Source: Gammaproteobacteria bacterium (GTDB lineage Bacteria > Pseudomonadota > Gammaproteobacteria > Eutrophobiales > Eutrophobiaceae). Taken from it: DNA of 34,215 nucleotides. Position 1 is the first letter of the stretch, and the number at the start of each line of letters is the position of its first letter. This document shows positions 1-9,458 of the stretch, piece after piece. The stretch lies in the NCBI GenBank assembly GCA_035471825.1, contig DATIPP010000128.1, positions 1 to 34,215 on the forward strand. Direction: 5' to 3'. A model generated the notes under the pieces. The model did not search any database, was not told the DNA's origin, and worked only from the letters and a program-made list of their open reading frames with translations. A program made the position numbers and the translations under genes.

Positions 1-223
1 TTGCCCGGGGTGATTCGTTGTCAGCTGTTTTCAATGTATCAGGATTGATTTTTTGCTAAACAAACCGGAAATTTCAAACCTGGTATGCAGGGTTTGTAGA
101 AATGAGAAATTATATTTACAGCATAAACTTGAAAATATATATGGATAATGTCGGGCGAATGAAGGTTTGAGCATTAACTGGAATGTATAACCGGCTTCTG
201 ATTTGCATGTTAAGCATTAAAAA

Positions 224-262
224 CCACGCCTGCCGATCTGCACCGGAGGCGTGGCTTTTGTG
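224..262. terminator. Putative bidirectional rho-independent terminator
   Basis: An 8-bp GC-rich stem pairs ccacgcct (224-231) with aggcgtgg (247-254). It is followed by cttttgtg on + and preceded by an A-run, which reads as a T-run on -. It lies 75 nt beyond the stop of the minus-strand gene at 330. Confidence 0.5.
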
Positions 263-329
263 ATCAATCAGCAACAGACCCGCCAGGGAGTGGAAGGCAG
301 TGTCTGGCTTTTGTTTTTCCTGCTCGGGT

Positions 330-830
330 TTACCTGGCTTTTAACGACAGGTATCCGAGGCCGGCAGTAGCGCCAAGACCGGTTCCGCCTTCGAGTGCCA
401 GCGGTACCAGGCCGATACTGTCATTGCCGCCGCCAATCAGCACGGCCGCGCCCACGCCTGCACCAAAAGCGGCAGAAGCCTTGCCACCGGTATAGGTGCC
501 GGTAAGCGCCTCCGACCAGTCCCTGTCCTTGCCCGTCGATGCCATCACGGTGTAGGCCATGGTGGATTGATCAGTCCACTGCAAATCGAGTCCGAGTGCA
601 ATGCCCGCTTCACCGTCATAGTAGTCTTTTTCGCCACCGTGTTCGAAAACACAGTCAAAGGCTGCAGTGGAGTGGATAAGCAGATTGACTTTTGACCCCG
701 GGACATAGTCACAGGTGACAATACCGATTTTTCCCTTCCCGTTGTCGGCGTGTACCACGCTGAACGGGGTAGATGCGAGTACCAGTGTGGCAAGTAAAAA
801 CAGGACTGATTCAAGATTAAATGCTTTCAT
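330..830 (-). CDS. Secreted Gly-rich protein, DUF992-like
   Basis: 166-aa ORF with a strong SD (aaggagat) 7 nt upstream. The N-terminal signal peptide ends VHA/DN. It has two Cys (VTCDY, FDCVF) and a Gly/Ala-rich C-terminus (GAGVGAAVLIGGGNDSIGLVPLALEGG..GLGYLSL), matching my recollection of DUF992 proteins. Confidence 0.65.
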   Translation of the reverse strand: MKAFNLESVLFLLATLVLASTPFSVVHADNGKGKIGIVTCDYVPGSKVNLLIHSTAAFDCVFEHGGEKDYYDGEAGIALGLDLQWTDQSTMAYTVMASTGKDRDWSEALTGTYTGGKASAAFGAGVGAAVLIGGGNDSIGLVPLALEGGTGLGATAGLGYLSLKAR

Positions 831-953
831 TTTGTTTATCTCCTTAATCCTTGATTATCTTGGTAAATCGATTCAGCCAACTCCTCGAAAAATTTTACCG
901 ATAAGCTCATCTCAGCTAATCATAATATGATTCTCTAATCAATTGTACAGGTA

Positions 954-1029
954 TGGTACTCCCTAGGGGACTCGAACCCCTGTTTTCGCCGTGAGAGGGC
1001 GACGTCCTGGGCCACTAGACGAAGGGAGC
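954..1029 (-). tRNA. tRNA-Glu (anticodon CTC)
   Basis: The reverse complement reads GCTCCCTTCGTCTAGTGGCCCAGGACGTCGCCCTCTCACGGCGAAAACAGGGGTTCGAGTCCCCTAGGGAGTACCA (76 nt). It folds as a cloverleaf with a 7-bp acceptor stem, anticodon stem TCGCC/GGCGA, loop CTCTCAC, T-arm AGGGG/TTCGAGT/CCCCT and an encoded CCA. It is close to E. coli tRNA-Glu. Confidence 0.9.
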
Positions 1030-1329
1030 AAATAATTTACGTGGGGAGTATAAAGCAGTTAGGGTTCTCGTCCCAAGGGCTCCGCCGCGTGGTTGACGAA
1101 GGTTGCTGTTAGGAAGGGACCTACATTTCAGAACCTGGATTCCATATATTTGTCATACTGAGTTACCAGGCCAGAAGAGCGCACCCTCGCCATGCAGTCC
1201 GTTGTCCCGGTTTACGGGGAATTGGATAAATTAACGCGATTTGGTGTTACTATACGGGCGCAAAGTGAGTTCACAAGATCATCCCGCCTTTAAACCTTTT
1301 ATATATGCCCGAGTGCGTTTCGCCGCATC

Positions 1330-2643
1330 ATGACTGAAACACAATCCACAGCCACCGTATCCAGGCTCAATGTGAAGCCGCGTATCATCTCGCGCGCGGA
1401 TCATTCGATTTCCCGTGCCGATATCAGTGACAACGCCCTGAAGGTCCTGTACCGGCTGAAAAACGCCGGCTTCAAGTCCTGCCTCGTCGGTGGCTGTGTT
1501 CGCGATATTTTACTGGGAATAAAACCGAAGGATTTCGACGTCGTAACGGACGCCCGTCCGGAGCAGATCCGGGAATTGTTCCGTAATTGCCGGCTTATCG
1601 GCCGGCGATTCCGGCTGGCACATGTCCGTTTCGGTTCCGAAATCATCGAGGTTTCGACCTTCCGGGCGCCGCACCACATGGCGGAAGGTGAAGGCCATAT
1701 CGAGGACGGTCGCATCGTTCGCGATAATGTCTACGGCGGTATTGAGGATGACGTGTGGCGCAGGGATTTCACGGTCAATGCGCTTTTTTATGATATCCGT
1801 GACTTTACCGTGGTGGATTATGTCGGCGGCCTCTATGATATCGAGCATCGCCTGTTACGCCTGATCGGCGAACCCCATGCCCGGTTCCGCGAAGACCCCG
1901 TGCGAATGCTGCGGGCGGTGCGGTTTGCGGTAAAGCTGGGATTTCGAATCGACGAATCGGCACTGGCTGCCATCCACGACCTGCATCATTTACTGGACGG
2001 TATGCCGCCCGGTCGCATGTTCGAGGAATTCATCAAGTTGTTCATGAACGGGCATGCAACCGAAACATACCGGCTGCTCCGGCAACACCGGCTGTTTGAA
2101 CACCTGTTCCCGGATACAAGTTATGTTCTGGAGGAAAATGATGATCGGGGTTTCACCGACCGGTTGCTGGTGCATGTATTCGATAATACGGACAACCGGA
2201 TCAGGGAAAATAAACCGGTAACACCGGCCTTTATCCTGGCGGCATTGCTCTGGACACCGCTCCGCAATCAGACCGAAGATTTCATCAGCAACGGGGTTTC
2301 CGAACACGAGGCCACATTGCTCGCCTGTGACGCGGTCATATCCCGGCAAGTCAGCAACATCTCCATGCCACGGCGGTTTTCCCGTATTGCGCGCGAAATC
2401 TGGAGCCTGCAACACCGGTTCAAAAACCGGCGCGGCAAGCGACCCTTGCGCCTTCTGTCGCATCCGCGTTACCGGGCCGCCTATGATTTCCTGCTGTTGC
2501 GCCGGGATGCCGGTGATGACGTGGACGAACTGGTGGAATGGTGGACGGCGTTTATGCGGGACAATGAGGACGTTGTCGCCTCTTCAAAGCCACACAAGGT
2601 TATTCGTAAACGCCCGCGTCCACGGCGGAGGAAACATCACTAG
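1330..2643 (+). CDS. pcnB: Poly(A) polymerase I
   Basis: 437 aa with the nucleotidyltransferase signature LVGGCVRDILLG..KDFDV and RFRLAHV, plus a basic C-terminal tail. It shows the conserved pcnB-folK synteny. Confidence 0.9.
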   Translation: MTETQSTATVSRLNVKPRIISRADHSISRADISDNALKVLYRLKNAGFKSCLVGGCVRDILLGIKPKDFDVVTDARPEQIRELFRNCRLIGRRFRLAHVRFGSEIIEVSTFRAPHHMAEGEGHIEDGRIVRDNVYGGIEDDVWRRDFTVNALFYDIRDFTVVDYVGGLYDIEHRLLRLIGEPHARFREDPVRMLRAVRFAVKLGFRIDESALAAIHDLHHLLDGMPPGRMFEEFIKLFMNGHATETYRLLRQHRLFEHLFPDTSYVLEENDDRGFTDRLLVHVFDNTDNRIRENKPVTPAFILAALLWTPLRNQTEDFISNGVSEHEATLLACDAVISRQVSNISMPRRFSRIAREIWSLQHRFKNRRGKRPLRLLSHPRYRAAYDFLLLRRDAGDDVDELVEWWTAFMRDNEDVVASSKPHKVIRKRPRPRRRKHH

Positions 2644-2912
2644 AACCTATCTAAAAATTCCGCACGGCCGCGACGGCGGCGGTTGCAGTGCCGGGCAAGG
2701 AGCGAGGAACGCGATTGGTTTGTTCCCAATGAGCGACAAGCGACGCGGCGATGTGCTGCAAACGCCCTGTCCCTCCGGGTTGCGCGCCAACTACCCCCGC
2801 TCTGCGTTAATCGGCTTGGCGATAGCTACGGCTATCACCCGCGCCTCGCGCCTTGACCGGGAGCGGTTGGTGCAGCAACGCGGCTCGCGGGGAATTTTAA
2901 GATAGGTTCTAG
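2640..2912. mobile_element. MITE-like element, copy A (273 bp), no coding capacity
   Basis: The terminal inverted repeats are CTAGAACCTATCTAAAAATTCC (2640-2661) and its near-perfect complement ggaattttaagataggttctag (2891-2912), matching 21/22. The arms extend inward as an imperfect ~55-bp inverted repeat. The interior is much more GC-rich than the flanks. A second copy lies at 29439-29535. Confidence 0.55.
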
Positions 2913-2920
2913 GCACTTCC

Positions 2921-3403
2921 ATGCGTGTGTATATCGGCCTCGGCAGCAATCTGGATGGACCCAGGGAGCGATTGATATTCGCTGTGGAATCGTTACGCGG
3001 GATACCGGATACCAGCGTAACCAGTGTCTCCTCTTTCTACCGCAGCAAGCCGGTCGGCCCGCAGGATCAGCCTGATTTTGTCAATGCAGTTGCTGCACTG
3101 GATACATCCCTGGGTGCGCACGAACTGTTGGGCGAACTGCAGGCGATTGAGAACAGCCAGGATCGTGATCGTGACGGGCAGCGCTGGGGACCAAGAACGC
3201 TGGATCTCGATATCCTGTTGTACGGGGACCAACATATTGTAAGCGATGATCTGAAAGTCCCGCATCCCGAGATGCACAAGCGGGGATTTGTTTTGTTACC
3301 CTTGTCCGATGTTGCGCCACAATTGACAATCCCGGGCAAAGGTCCGGTTGCTGAGCTGCTTTCCAGGGTCGATACCACTGACTTGCAAAAGATCACTGAC
3401 TGA
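2921..3403 (+). CDS. folK: 2-amino-4-hydroxy-6-hydroxymethyldihydropteridine pyrophosphokinase (HPPK)
   Basis: 160 aa with typical HPPK motifs (IGLGSNL, RWGPRTLDLDILLY, PHP.MH.R.FVL.PL). It sits downstream of pcnB. Confidence 0.9.
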   Translation: MRVYIGLGSNLDGPRERLIFAVESLRGIPDTSVTSVSSFYRSKPVGPQDQPDFVNAVAALDTSLGAHELLGELQAIENSQDRDRDGQRWGPRTLDLDILLYGDQHIVSDDLKVPHPEMHKRGFVLLPLSDVAPQLTIPGKGPVAELLSRVDTTDLQKITD

Positions 3404-4047
3404 TGAAAAAAGTGTTTCCCGACTATATTGTTGTCGAGGGGCCAATCGGCGTGGGCAAGACTTCGCTCGCAAAGCGTCTCGCCGATACTTTTAATACCGA
3501 TTTGATACTGGAAGAGGCGGGGGATAATCCTTTTCTCCAGGCATTTTATGAAAACCCCCGGTTATCGGCACTGCCGGTCCAGCTGCATTTCCTGTTTCAA
3601 CGGGTCAAGCAGATCGAGTCCCTGCTGCAGACCGACCTTTTCAGGCCGGTACACATTGCCGATTTCCTGCTGGACAAGGACAGGCTGTTCGCCCGGGCCA
3701 CACTGAACGATGACGAGTTCGAGCTGTATAACGAAGTCTATAACCGGATAACCGTCCAGTCTCCGGTACCCGACCTGGTGATCTACCTGCAGGCACAGCC
3801 GGAAGTGTTGCTGGGACGAATACTGGAACGCGGAATTCCCTATGAGAAGGGAATTGACGAGACCTACCTCAAAAAAATCTCGGATGCCTATGTGGATTTT
3901 TTCTATCATTACAATGCATCACCATTATTGATCGTCAATACCACGGATTTCGATCTGGTCAATGGCGAGGAAAACTATCAGTTGCTGCTGGATTATATTC
4001 ATCGATTGCCACCCGGCCGGCATTATTTCAATCCGAAACAGTTATGA
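3403..4047 (+). CDS. Deoxynucleoside kinase family protein
   Basis: 214 aa with the P-loop EGPIGVGKTSLA. Length and layout fit the dNK/dCK family. Its start overlaps the folK stop and its end overlaps the panB start. Confidence 0.75.
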   Translation: MKKVFPDYIVVEGPIGVGKTSLAKRLADTFNTDLILEEAGDNPFLQAFYENPRLSALPVQLHFLFQRVKQIESLLQTDLFRPVHIADFLLDKDRLFARATLNDDEFELYNEVYNRITVQSPVPDLVIYLQAQPEVLLGRILERGIPYEKGIDETYLKKISDAYVDFFYHYNASPLLIVNTTDFDLVNGEENYQLLLDYIHRLPPGRHYFNPKQL

Positions 4048-4841
4048 GCCGACAAATTACACTGGCAACACTCGCGGCAATGAAACAAAAGGGCGAGAAG
4101 ATCGTGTCACTGACGGCCTACGACGCTGCCTTCGCGACGATACTCGAGCAGGCGGGTGTCGATGTGATACTTGTAGGCGATTCACTCGGCATGGTGTTGC
4201 ATGGCCGTGACGATACGCTCGGGGTAAGTATGACAGACATGGTATATCACACACGCCTGGTCAGCGACGGCTGCAAGTTTCCGCTGATAGTGAGTGACAT
4301 GCCCTACAAAAGTTACACCACCCGGGACCAGGCACTGGAGAATGCCGAACGGCTCGTCAATGAGGGTGGCGCAGAAGTCGTCAAGCTCGAAGGCGGCGGG
4401 CCGATTGCCGGAATAGTTCAATATTTGCGGGAGCGGGATATTCCCGTATGCGGGCATCTGGGACTGACACCGCAGTCCGTCCGTGAACTGGGCGGCTACC
4501 GCGTCCAGGGCCGGGAAAAAAAAGATGCCGAGATAATCCTGGCCGATGCCAGGTTGTTGCAGGAAGCGGGTGCAGAAATGCTGGTGCTCGAGTGTATTCC
4601 CCACACGCTCGCCGAACAAATCACAGGTGAGTTGACCATACCCGTTATTGGTATCGGCGCCGGCCGCAATTGTGACGGGCAGGTGCTGGTGCTCTACGAT
4701 GTGCTGGGTATCACCCGCAGGCGACTGAAGTTCTCCAGAGACTATCTTGCAACCTCGCAGTCCGTGCTGGAAGCAATCGAAAAATACGTGCAAGAGGTTC
4801 GATCGGAAAAGTTTCCTGCAACGGAGCATCAGTTTGAATAA
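4044..4841 (+). CDS. panB: 3-methyl-2-oxobutanoate hydroxymethyltransferase
   Basis: 265 aa with characteristic VGDSLGMV, VV.DMPF/Y..Y, KLEGG and GH.GLTPQ motifs. Confidence 0.95.
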   Translation: MSRQITLATLAAMKQKGEKIVSLTAYDAAFATILEQAGVDVILVGDSLGMVLHGRDDTLGVSMTDMVYHTRLVSDGCKFPLIVSDMPYKSYTTRDQALENAERLVNEGGAEVVKLEGGGPIAGIVQYLRERDIPVCGHLGLTPQSVRELGGYRVQGREKKDAEIILADARLLQEAGAEMLVLECIPHTLAEQITGELTIPVIGIGAGRNCDGQVLVLYDVLGITRRRLKFSRDYLATSQSVLEAIEKYVQEVRSEKFPATEHQFE

Positions 4842-5683
4842 TGCGTACCGTTGAAACAGTACTGGACCTGCGTGAACAGGTCAGGGCGTGGCGGATGTCG
4901 GAACAGAAGATTGCCCTGGTACCAACCATGGGCAACCTGCATGCAGGCCACCTGGCCCTGGTCAAGCGGGCAAGGGAACTGGCCGACAAGACCATCGTTT
5001 CTATTTTTGTTAATCCAACCCAGTTTGTCGAAGGGGAAGATTTCGGCAGTTACCCGCGTACGCCGGAAAGGGATTATGAACATTTGTTGGAATTAAAAAC
5101 GGATCTGGTCTTTGCGCCACCTACTGAAGAGATGTATCCGGGTGGTGAAAATGACGAAACCATCGTCACGGTACCCGCACTTGATCGTATTTTCTGCGGC
5201 AAGTTCAGGCCCGGTCATTTTACCGGTGTCGCAACCATCGTCACCAAGTTACTGAACATGGTACAACCTGACCTGGCCATGTTCGGTGAAAAGGATTATC
5301 AGCAGTTACTGGTTATCCGGTCACTGGTGAAAGATCTCTGCCTGCCGGTCGAGATCGTCGACGTCGAAACCGTGCGGGAACCGGACGGTCTCGCACTCAG
5401 TTCGCGCAATGCCTACCTTTCGAAAGAGGAAAGAAAAACGGCCGTCGTTTTATATCGCCAGCTCGCGGAGACGGCCGATAAAATCAGGGAGGGAGAAAAG
5501 GATTACCCTGCACTGGAAATCGCCGGCCTGGAACGTCTGAATGCCGAAGGATTTCAAATGGATTATTTTAATATCCGTAACGCGGGAGACCTGGGGCCAC
5601 CGGGCGATGGCGATCTGGTGGTACTTGCCGCGGGTTATCTTGGCCAAGCGCGGCTTATAGATAATATGATTATCAGGCGTTGA
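4841..5683 (+). CDS. panC: Pantoate-beta-alanine ligase
   Basis: 280 aa with PTMGNLHAGHL (HIGH-type), SIFVNPTQF and FGEKDYQQ motifs. Confidence 0.95.
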   Translation: MRTVETVLDLREQVRAWRMSEQKIALVPTMGNLHAGHLALVKRARELADKTIVSIFVNPTQFVEGEDFGSYPRTPERDYEHLLELKTDLVFAPPTEEMYPGGENDETIVTVPALDRIFCGKFRPGHFTGVATIVTKLLNMVQPDLAMFGEKDYQQLLVIRSLVKDLCLPVEIVDVETVREPDGLALSSRNAYLSKEERKTAVVLYRQLAETADKIREGEKDYPALEIAGLERLNAEGFQMDYFNIRNAGDLGPPGDGDLVVLAAGYLGQARLIDNMIIRR

Positions 5684-5740
5684 ACCCGGCAGAATTTTGC
5701 GCCATACTTCATTTTCCCGAATGAATTTTCCCCGTAAAGC

Positions 5741-6121
5741 ATGCAACTTACTGTTCTGAAAGCAAAACTCCATTCAGCGCGCGTCACGCATTCCGAGCTC
5801 GAATACGAGGGTTCCTGTGCCATTGACGGTGATATACTCGACAAGGCCGGTATCCACGAGTACGAACAGATCCAGATCTACAATATCAATAATGGCGAAC
5901 GATTCACGACTTACGCTATCCGCGCGGAAAACCATTCACGCATAATCTCGGTTAATGGCGCCGCCGCCCATAAGGCGAGTCCTGGTGACCGCGTGATTAT
6001 CTGCAGTTACGCCAGGATCGACGAAAAGGAAATCCGGGCATATAAGCCGACGCTGATCTACCTTGACGAAGACAATCACATTATCCGGATCAAGGATCAC
6101 ATACCGGTCCAGGCCGCTTGA
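5741..6121 (+). CDS. panD: Aspartate 1-decarboxylase proenzyme
   Basis: 126 aa starting M..T.LK.KLH.A.VT with the self-processing site YEGS|CAID. Confidence 0.95.
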   Translation: MQLTVLKAKLHSARVTHSELEYEGSCAIDGDILDKAGIHEYEQIQIYNINNGERFTTYAIRAENHSRIISVNGAAAHKASPGDRVIICSYARIDEKEIRAYKPTLIYLDEDNHIIRIKDHIPVQAA

Positions 6122-6217
6122 TTAGTAAAAAAACCGGTAATATCATCCCGGATTTTTTATCACCTTTTTTATACTGGTGCACCATTTGATCCTGTAACCC
6201 TCTTACCGGGCTGAAAG

Positions 6218-6970
6218 ATGCCGGCAAATCTGACTGCTGCAGTCGTCATCATTGGTAATGAAATCCTGTCCGGCCGGACACAGGACAGCAACCTGACATT
6301 CCTTGGAAAGCGACTCGATGAACTGGGGATCCCGCTTCTCGAGGCGCGGGTGATACCTGACGATGAAAAGGTAATCGTTGAGACTGTGAATGCCTGTCGC
6401 AGGATTTTCTCTTATGTTTTTACTACCGGCGGTATCGGACCGACACATGATGACATTACCTCGGCATCGATAGCCACTGCCTTCGGCGTGGATTTGGAAA
6501 GAAACAATGAAGCACTCGCCTGTCTCGAGGCCTATTACGATTCCGGCAACATCAATGATGCACGGATGAAGATGGCCAATATCCCTAAAGGCGCTTCGTT
6601 GATAAAAAACCCGGTGAGCGGTGCGCCGGGATTTCAACTGGGAAATGTTTTTGTCCTCCCCGGCGTGCCAATGATTTTGCAGGCCATGTTCGATAGCATG
6701 ACATACCGGTTGATCGGGGGCGATCCGATTTTAACAAACAGTCTCGCCACCAATCTGCGCGAAGGCGAGATCGCCGGGGGGCTCGGCCGTTTACAGGAAA
6801 AATACACCGATGTCAGTATCGGCAGTTACCCCTATTTCCGGCATGGAAGGCTGGGTGTGAACATCGTTTCGCGCTCGACCAGCCGTGGCAGTCTGGAGGC
6901 TTTGCAATCTGAACTGCGGGCAGTGATCGAGGAATGCGGCGGCAAGATCATCGCCAGTCCGGATAGCTGA
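6218..6970 (+). CDS. Molybdopterin-binding (MoCF/CinA N-terminal domain) protein
   Basis: 250 aa with IIGNEILSGRTQDSN and TTGGIGPTHDDIT, typical of the MoaB/MogA/CinA-N fold. It converges on ectB. Confidence 0.75.
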   Translation: MPANLTAAVVIIGNEILSGRTQDSNLTFLGKRLDELGIPLLEARVIPDDEKVIVETVNACRRIFSYVFTTGGIGPTHDDITSASIATAFGVDLERNNEALACLEAYYDSGNINDARMKMANIPKGASLIKNPVSGAPGFQLGNVFVLPGVPMILQAMFDSMTYRLIGGDPILTNSLATNLREGEIAGGLGRLQEKYTDVSIGSYPYFRHGRLGVNIVSRSTSRGSLEALQSELRAVIEECGGKIIASPDS

Positions 6971-6990
6971 TCCATGCTGGCGGAATAATA

Positions 6991-8268
6991 CTACGCCACA
7001 TCGGTGTGTAGTGACTCCTCCCGGCGTTCCATGACCTTGTCGACACCCTTCTCGATGATCTTCAGCCCTTCCTTGAGAATCTCCTCTTCTATGACAAGCG
7101 GGGGCAGTATCTTTAACACTTCGTCGTCTGCGCCGGACGTTTCAATGACCAGTCCTTCCTCGAAGACTGCCGTCGTGAGGTGATCGGTAAAGCCAAGTTG
7201 CGGGATATCCAGGCCATAGATCATGCCGCGTCCGCGGACTTCGGCCTGCAGTTCCGGGTATTTCTTGACAATGCCCTCTAGGGTTTCCCTGATAATCTCA
7301 CCTTTATATTCAACGGCATTGGAAAGGTTGTCGTCCTCCCAGTAAGAAAACGATTCAGTTGCCGCGACAAACGCCAGGTTGTTACCGCGGAATGTACCGG
7401 TGTGTTCACCCGGTTTCCACTGGTCCAGTTCCGGTCGCATCAACAGAAGTGCCAGCGGCAGGCCGCCACCGATAGACTTGGAAAGGGTTATCATGTCCGG
7501 GCTGATGCCCGCTTCTTCAAAGCTGAAGAACGTGCCGGTACGCCCGTTACCCACCTGGATATCATCAATAATGAGAAGAATATCGAACTCGCGGCAGAGA
7601 TGTTCCAGTTCCCGGAGCCATTTGACCGAGGCAACGTTGACACCTCCCTCGGCCTGTATGGTTTCGAGGATGATCGCTGCCGGCAGATCGATACCACTGC
7701 TTTTGTCTTCGAGATACCTGCGCAGGTATTCAACGGTATTGACTTCCGGTCCGAAATAACCGTCATAGGGCATGTGATCGACATTGCCACGCATACCGTA
7801 GGATTCATCCTTGTAGAAATTATTGCCGGTAACGGCCAGCGAACCCATGGTCAGGCCGTGAAAACCGTTGGTAAAAGCAATGACGTTGGAACGGCCCTTT
7901 ACCATGCGGGCGAGCTTCAGGGCGGTTTCCACCGCATTGGTGCCGGTGGGCCCGGTGAACTGGATCTTGTAATTCATGTTACGGGGTTCGAGGATGGTAT
8001 CCCAAAAACCCTGCAGGAACCGCTTCTTGGCGCTGGTTGCCTTGTCCAGTCCGTGAATAATGCCCTTGTTCTGCAGGTACTCGATGAGTGCCGCGTTGAC
8101 CTTGGGATTGTTGTGGCCGTAATTCAGGGTGCCGGCGCCGGCGAAGAAATCGATGTACTTGTTACCTTGTTCATCATAGAGAAAGCTCCCCTCGGATGTT
8201 TCAAAGATAACGGGAAATGACCGCACATAGCTCCTGACCTCGGATTCCAGTTGTTCAAAAATACGCAT
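6991..8268 (-). CDS. ectB: Diaminobutyrate-2-oxoglutarate transaminase
   Basis: 425 aa, a class III aminotransferase. The N-terminus is EctB-like (FE..ESEVRSY.RSFP..F....G..L.DE.G..YIDFF.GAG.LNYGHNNP), and the LSKSIGG motif carries the PLP lysine. It lies immediately downstream of ectA. Confidence 0.9.
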   Translation of the reverse strand: MRIFEQLESEVRSYVRSFPVIFETSEGSFLYDEQGNKYIDFFAGAGTLNYGHNNPKVNAALIEYLQNKGIIHGLDKATSAKKRFLQGFWDTILEPRNMNYKIQFTGPTGTNAVETALKLARMVKGRSNVIAFTNGFHGLTMGSLAVTGNNFYKDESYGMRGNVDHMPYDGYFGPEVNTVEYLRRYLEDKSSGIDLPAAIILETIQAEGGVNVASVKWLRELEHLCREFDILLIIDDIQVGNGRTGTFFSFEEAGISPDMITLSKSIGGGLPLALLLMRPELDQWKPGEHTGTFRGNNLAFVAATESFSYWEDDNLSNAVEYKGEIIRETLEGIVKKYPELQAEVRGRGMIYGLDIPQLGFTDHLTTAVFEEGLVIETSGADDEVLKILPPLVIEEEILKEGLKIIEKGVDKVMERREESLHTDVA

Positions 8269-8298
8269 TGTTATGTAACCTCGCTGATAATAATAATT

Positions 8299-8868
8299 TT
8301 AGCCATCATGGCTGTAGTTTTTCAGTGCTGCGGACACGCCGTTTTCAAACGGCCCGATTCGCAATAATCTTTCGTCTTCATGTCCCGGCCTGGGAAACAT
8401 ATCGCTGTTGATGTATTCGGAAAATACAGCGTCGACACCCAGCCTTTTTGCAAGATGGGTAAAAAGGGTTTCCGAGGCAACATTTGAAGGAGAGATTGTT
8501 GCTTCAATGTACCTGGTATCAGCCAGTGATTCCCTGTTAAGCAATTCCAGCAGCAGGTTCGTCGCGATTCCCCGGCCACGCATGGATGCATCCGTGCCTA
8601 TCTGCCAGACAAACAGGCGCGAAGGATCATCCGGTAACAGGTAGGCAGTGACGAAGCCAACGACCTTGTTGTCGCATTCAGCTATGCCGCAGGTCCCGGA
8701 AAAATGGGCACACAGTATGAGATACAGATAGGCGGAATTGAGATCCAGTACGCCACTCTCATTGACGAGTTCCCACATTGCCGCTCCGTGGAGAATGTCC
8801 GGGCGCTGGTAAGTGATAGCGCCACTGGCCGGGCCATCATTCATGGTTTTTTCATCCGTTAAAGTCAT
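8299..8868 (-). CDS. ectA: L-2,4-diaminobutyrate acetyltransferase
   Basis: 189 aa GNAT protein with the EctA-like motif LDLNSAYLYLILC.HF..TC..AE and the acetyl-CoA site R.RGIA..LL. Confidence 0.85.
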   Translation of the reverse strand: MTLTDEKTMNDGPASGAITYQRPDILHGAAMWELVNESGVLDLNSAYLYLILCAHFSGTCGIAECDNKVVGFVTAYLLPDDPSRLFVWQIGTDASMRGRGIATNLLLELLNRESLADTRYIEATISPSNVASETLFTHLAKRLGVDAVFSEYINSDMFPRPGHEDERLLRIGPFENGVSAALKNYSHDG

Positions 8869-8888
8869 TCTGGTTATTTTGAAATAAA

Positions 8889-9458
8889 TTATCTGTTTTT
8901 CGATACCAGCTTGCCAGTGTTACCGGCTAATGAATCATTTTTTTCTTCCGCTTCTGTCCTGATTTGCGATATTCCGGACGGGGCCGACAATGGGCCGCCG
9001 GATAGATACGGCGAAGCCTCGAGTTCGCGAACATGCAGCATTTCCGCAACCCGGTTCAGGCACCCCAGCAATTGAAACTGTTCCCATTTTTCCAGGTTGC
9101 TGAATTGCCGGGTAAATTCTTCCTGCAATAAAGGCGGTGCATCGGCCAGTTTTTTCCGTGCCAGGGGGGTGACCCTGACCTTGATACAGCGTTTATCCTT
9201 GTCCGAACGTGTCCGCGTTACCAGCCCACGTCTTTCCAGCCGATTCAAAATATCGGTTACGGTCGGCTTGCTGAGACTGACATTATCGGCAAGTTGTCCG
9301 ACGGTAGCCTCCTCGATCTGCATCAACTCCTTGAGAATCAATGTCTGGGGACTGGTCAGGCCGTGGCTGCGGACCAGTTGCCGGGACTGGTAATCAACGG
9401 CCCTGACAATACGGCGGAGAGAAATCAGGACCTCATCGCAAAGGTCGTTAGAATTCAT
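8889..9458 (-). CDS. ectR: MarR-family regulator, EctR-like
   Basis: It has a MarR winged-helix core (GLTSPQTLILKEL....ATVGQLADNVSLSKPTVTDILNRLERRGLV.R..S..DKR). I prefer the ATG at 9458 (MNSND...). The track's longer ORF to 9515 starts at GTG and runs through a tataat-like sequence. It is co-directional with ectAB. Confidence 0.7.
   Translation of the reverse strand: MNSNDLCDEVLISLRRIVRAVDYQSRQLVRSHGLTSPQTLILKELMQIEEATVGQLADNVSLSKPTVTDILNRLERRGLVTRTRSDKDKRCIKVRVTPLARKKLADAPPLLQEEFTRQFSNLEKWEQFQLLGCLNRVAEMLHVRELEASPYLSGGPLSAPSGISQIRTEAEEKNDSLAGNTGKLVSKNR

Noticed and set aside
1-329. Possible 3' end of a gene entering from the left edge (short open frames ending at 48 or 59), and a second weak hairpin with T-run at 282-318
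   Set aside because: The open frames are too short to identify in any frame. The second hairpin has only a 5-bp stem with a 17-nt loop.
954-1029. tRNA-Glu as a possible integration site for the lower-GC block
   Set aside because: It lies about 8.5 kb from the compositional boundary with ordinary housekeeping genes between. No partial tRNA repeat was seen at the other boundary.
2327-2905. A 192-aa plus-strand ORF spanning the pcnB 3' end and the intergenic insert
   Set aside because: It is out of frame within pcnB and then reads through the MITE-like element. Its Gly/Arg/Cys-rich composition indicates a GC-driven artefact.
4182-4829. A 215-aa minus-strand ORF
   Set aside because: It is antisense to panB and is a shadow ORF in GC-rich coding DNA.
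7402-8220. A 272-aa plus-strand ORF, with its neighbour at 7379-7759
   Set aside because: It lies entirely antisense to ectB, which has strong family motifs. It has no RBS and no recognisable domain.
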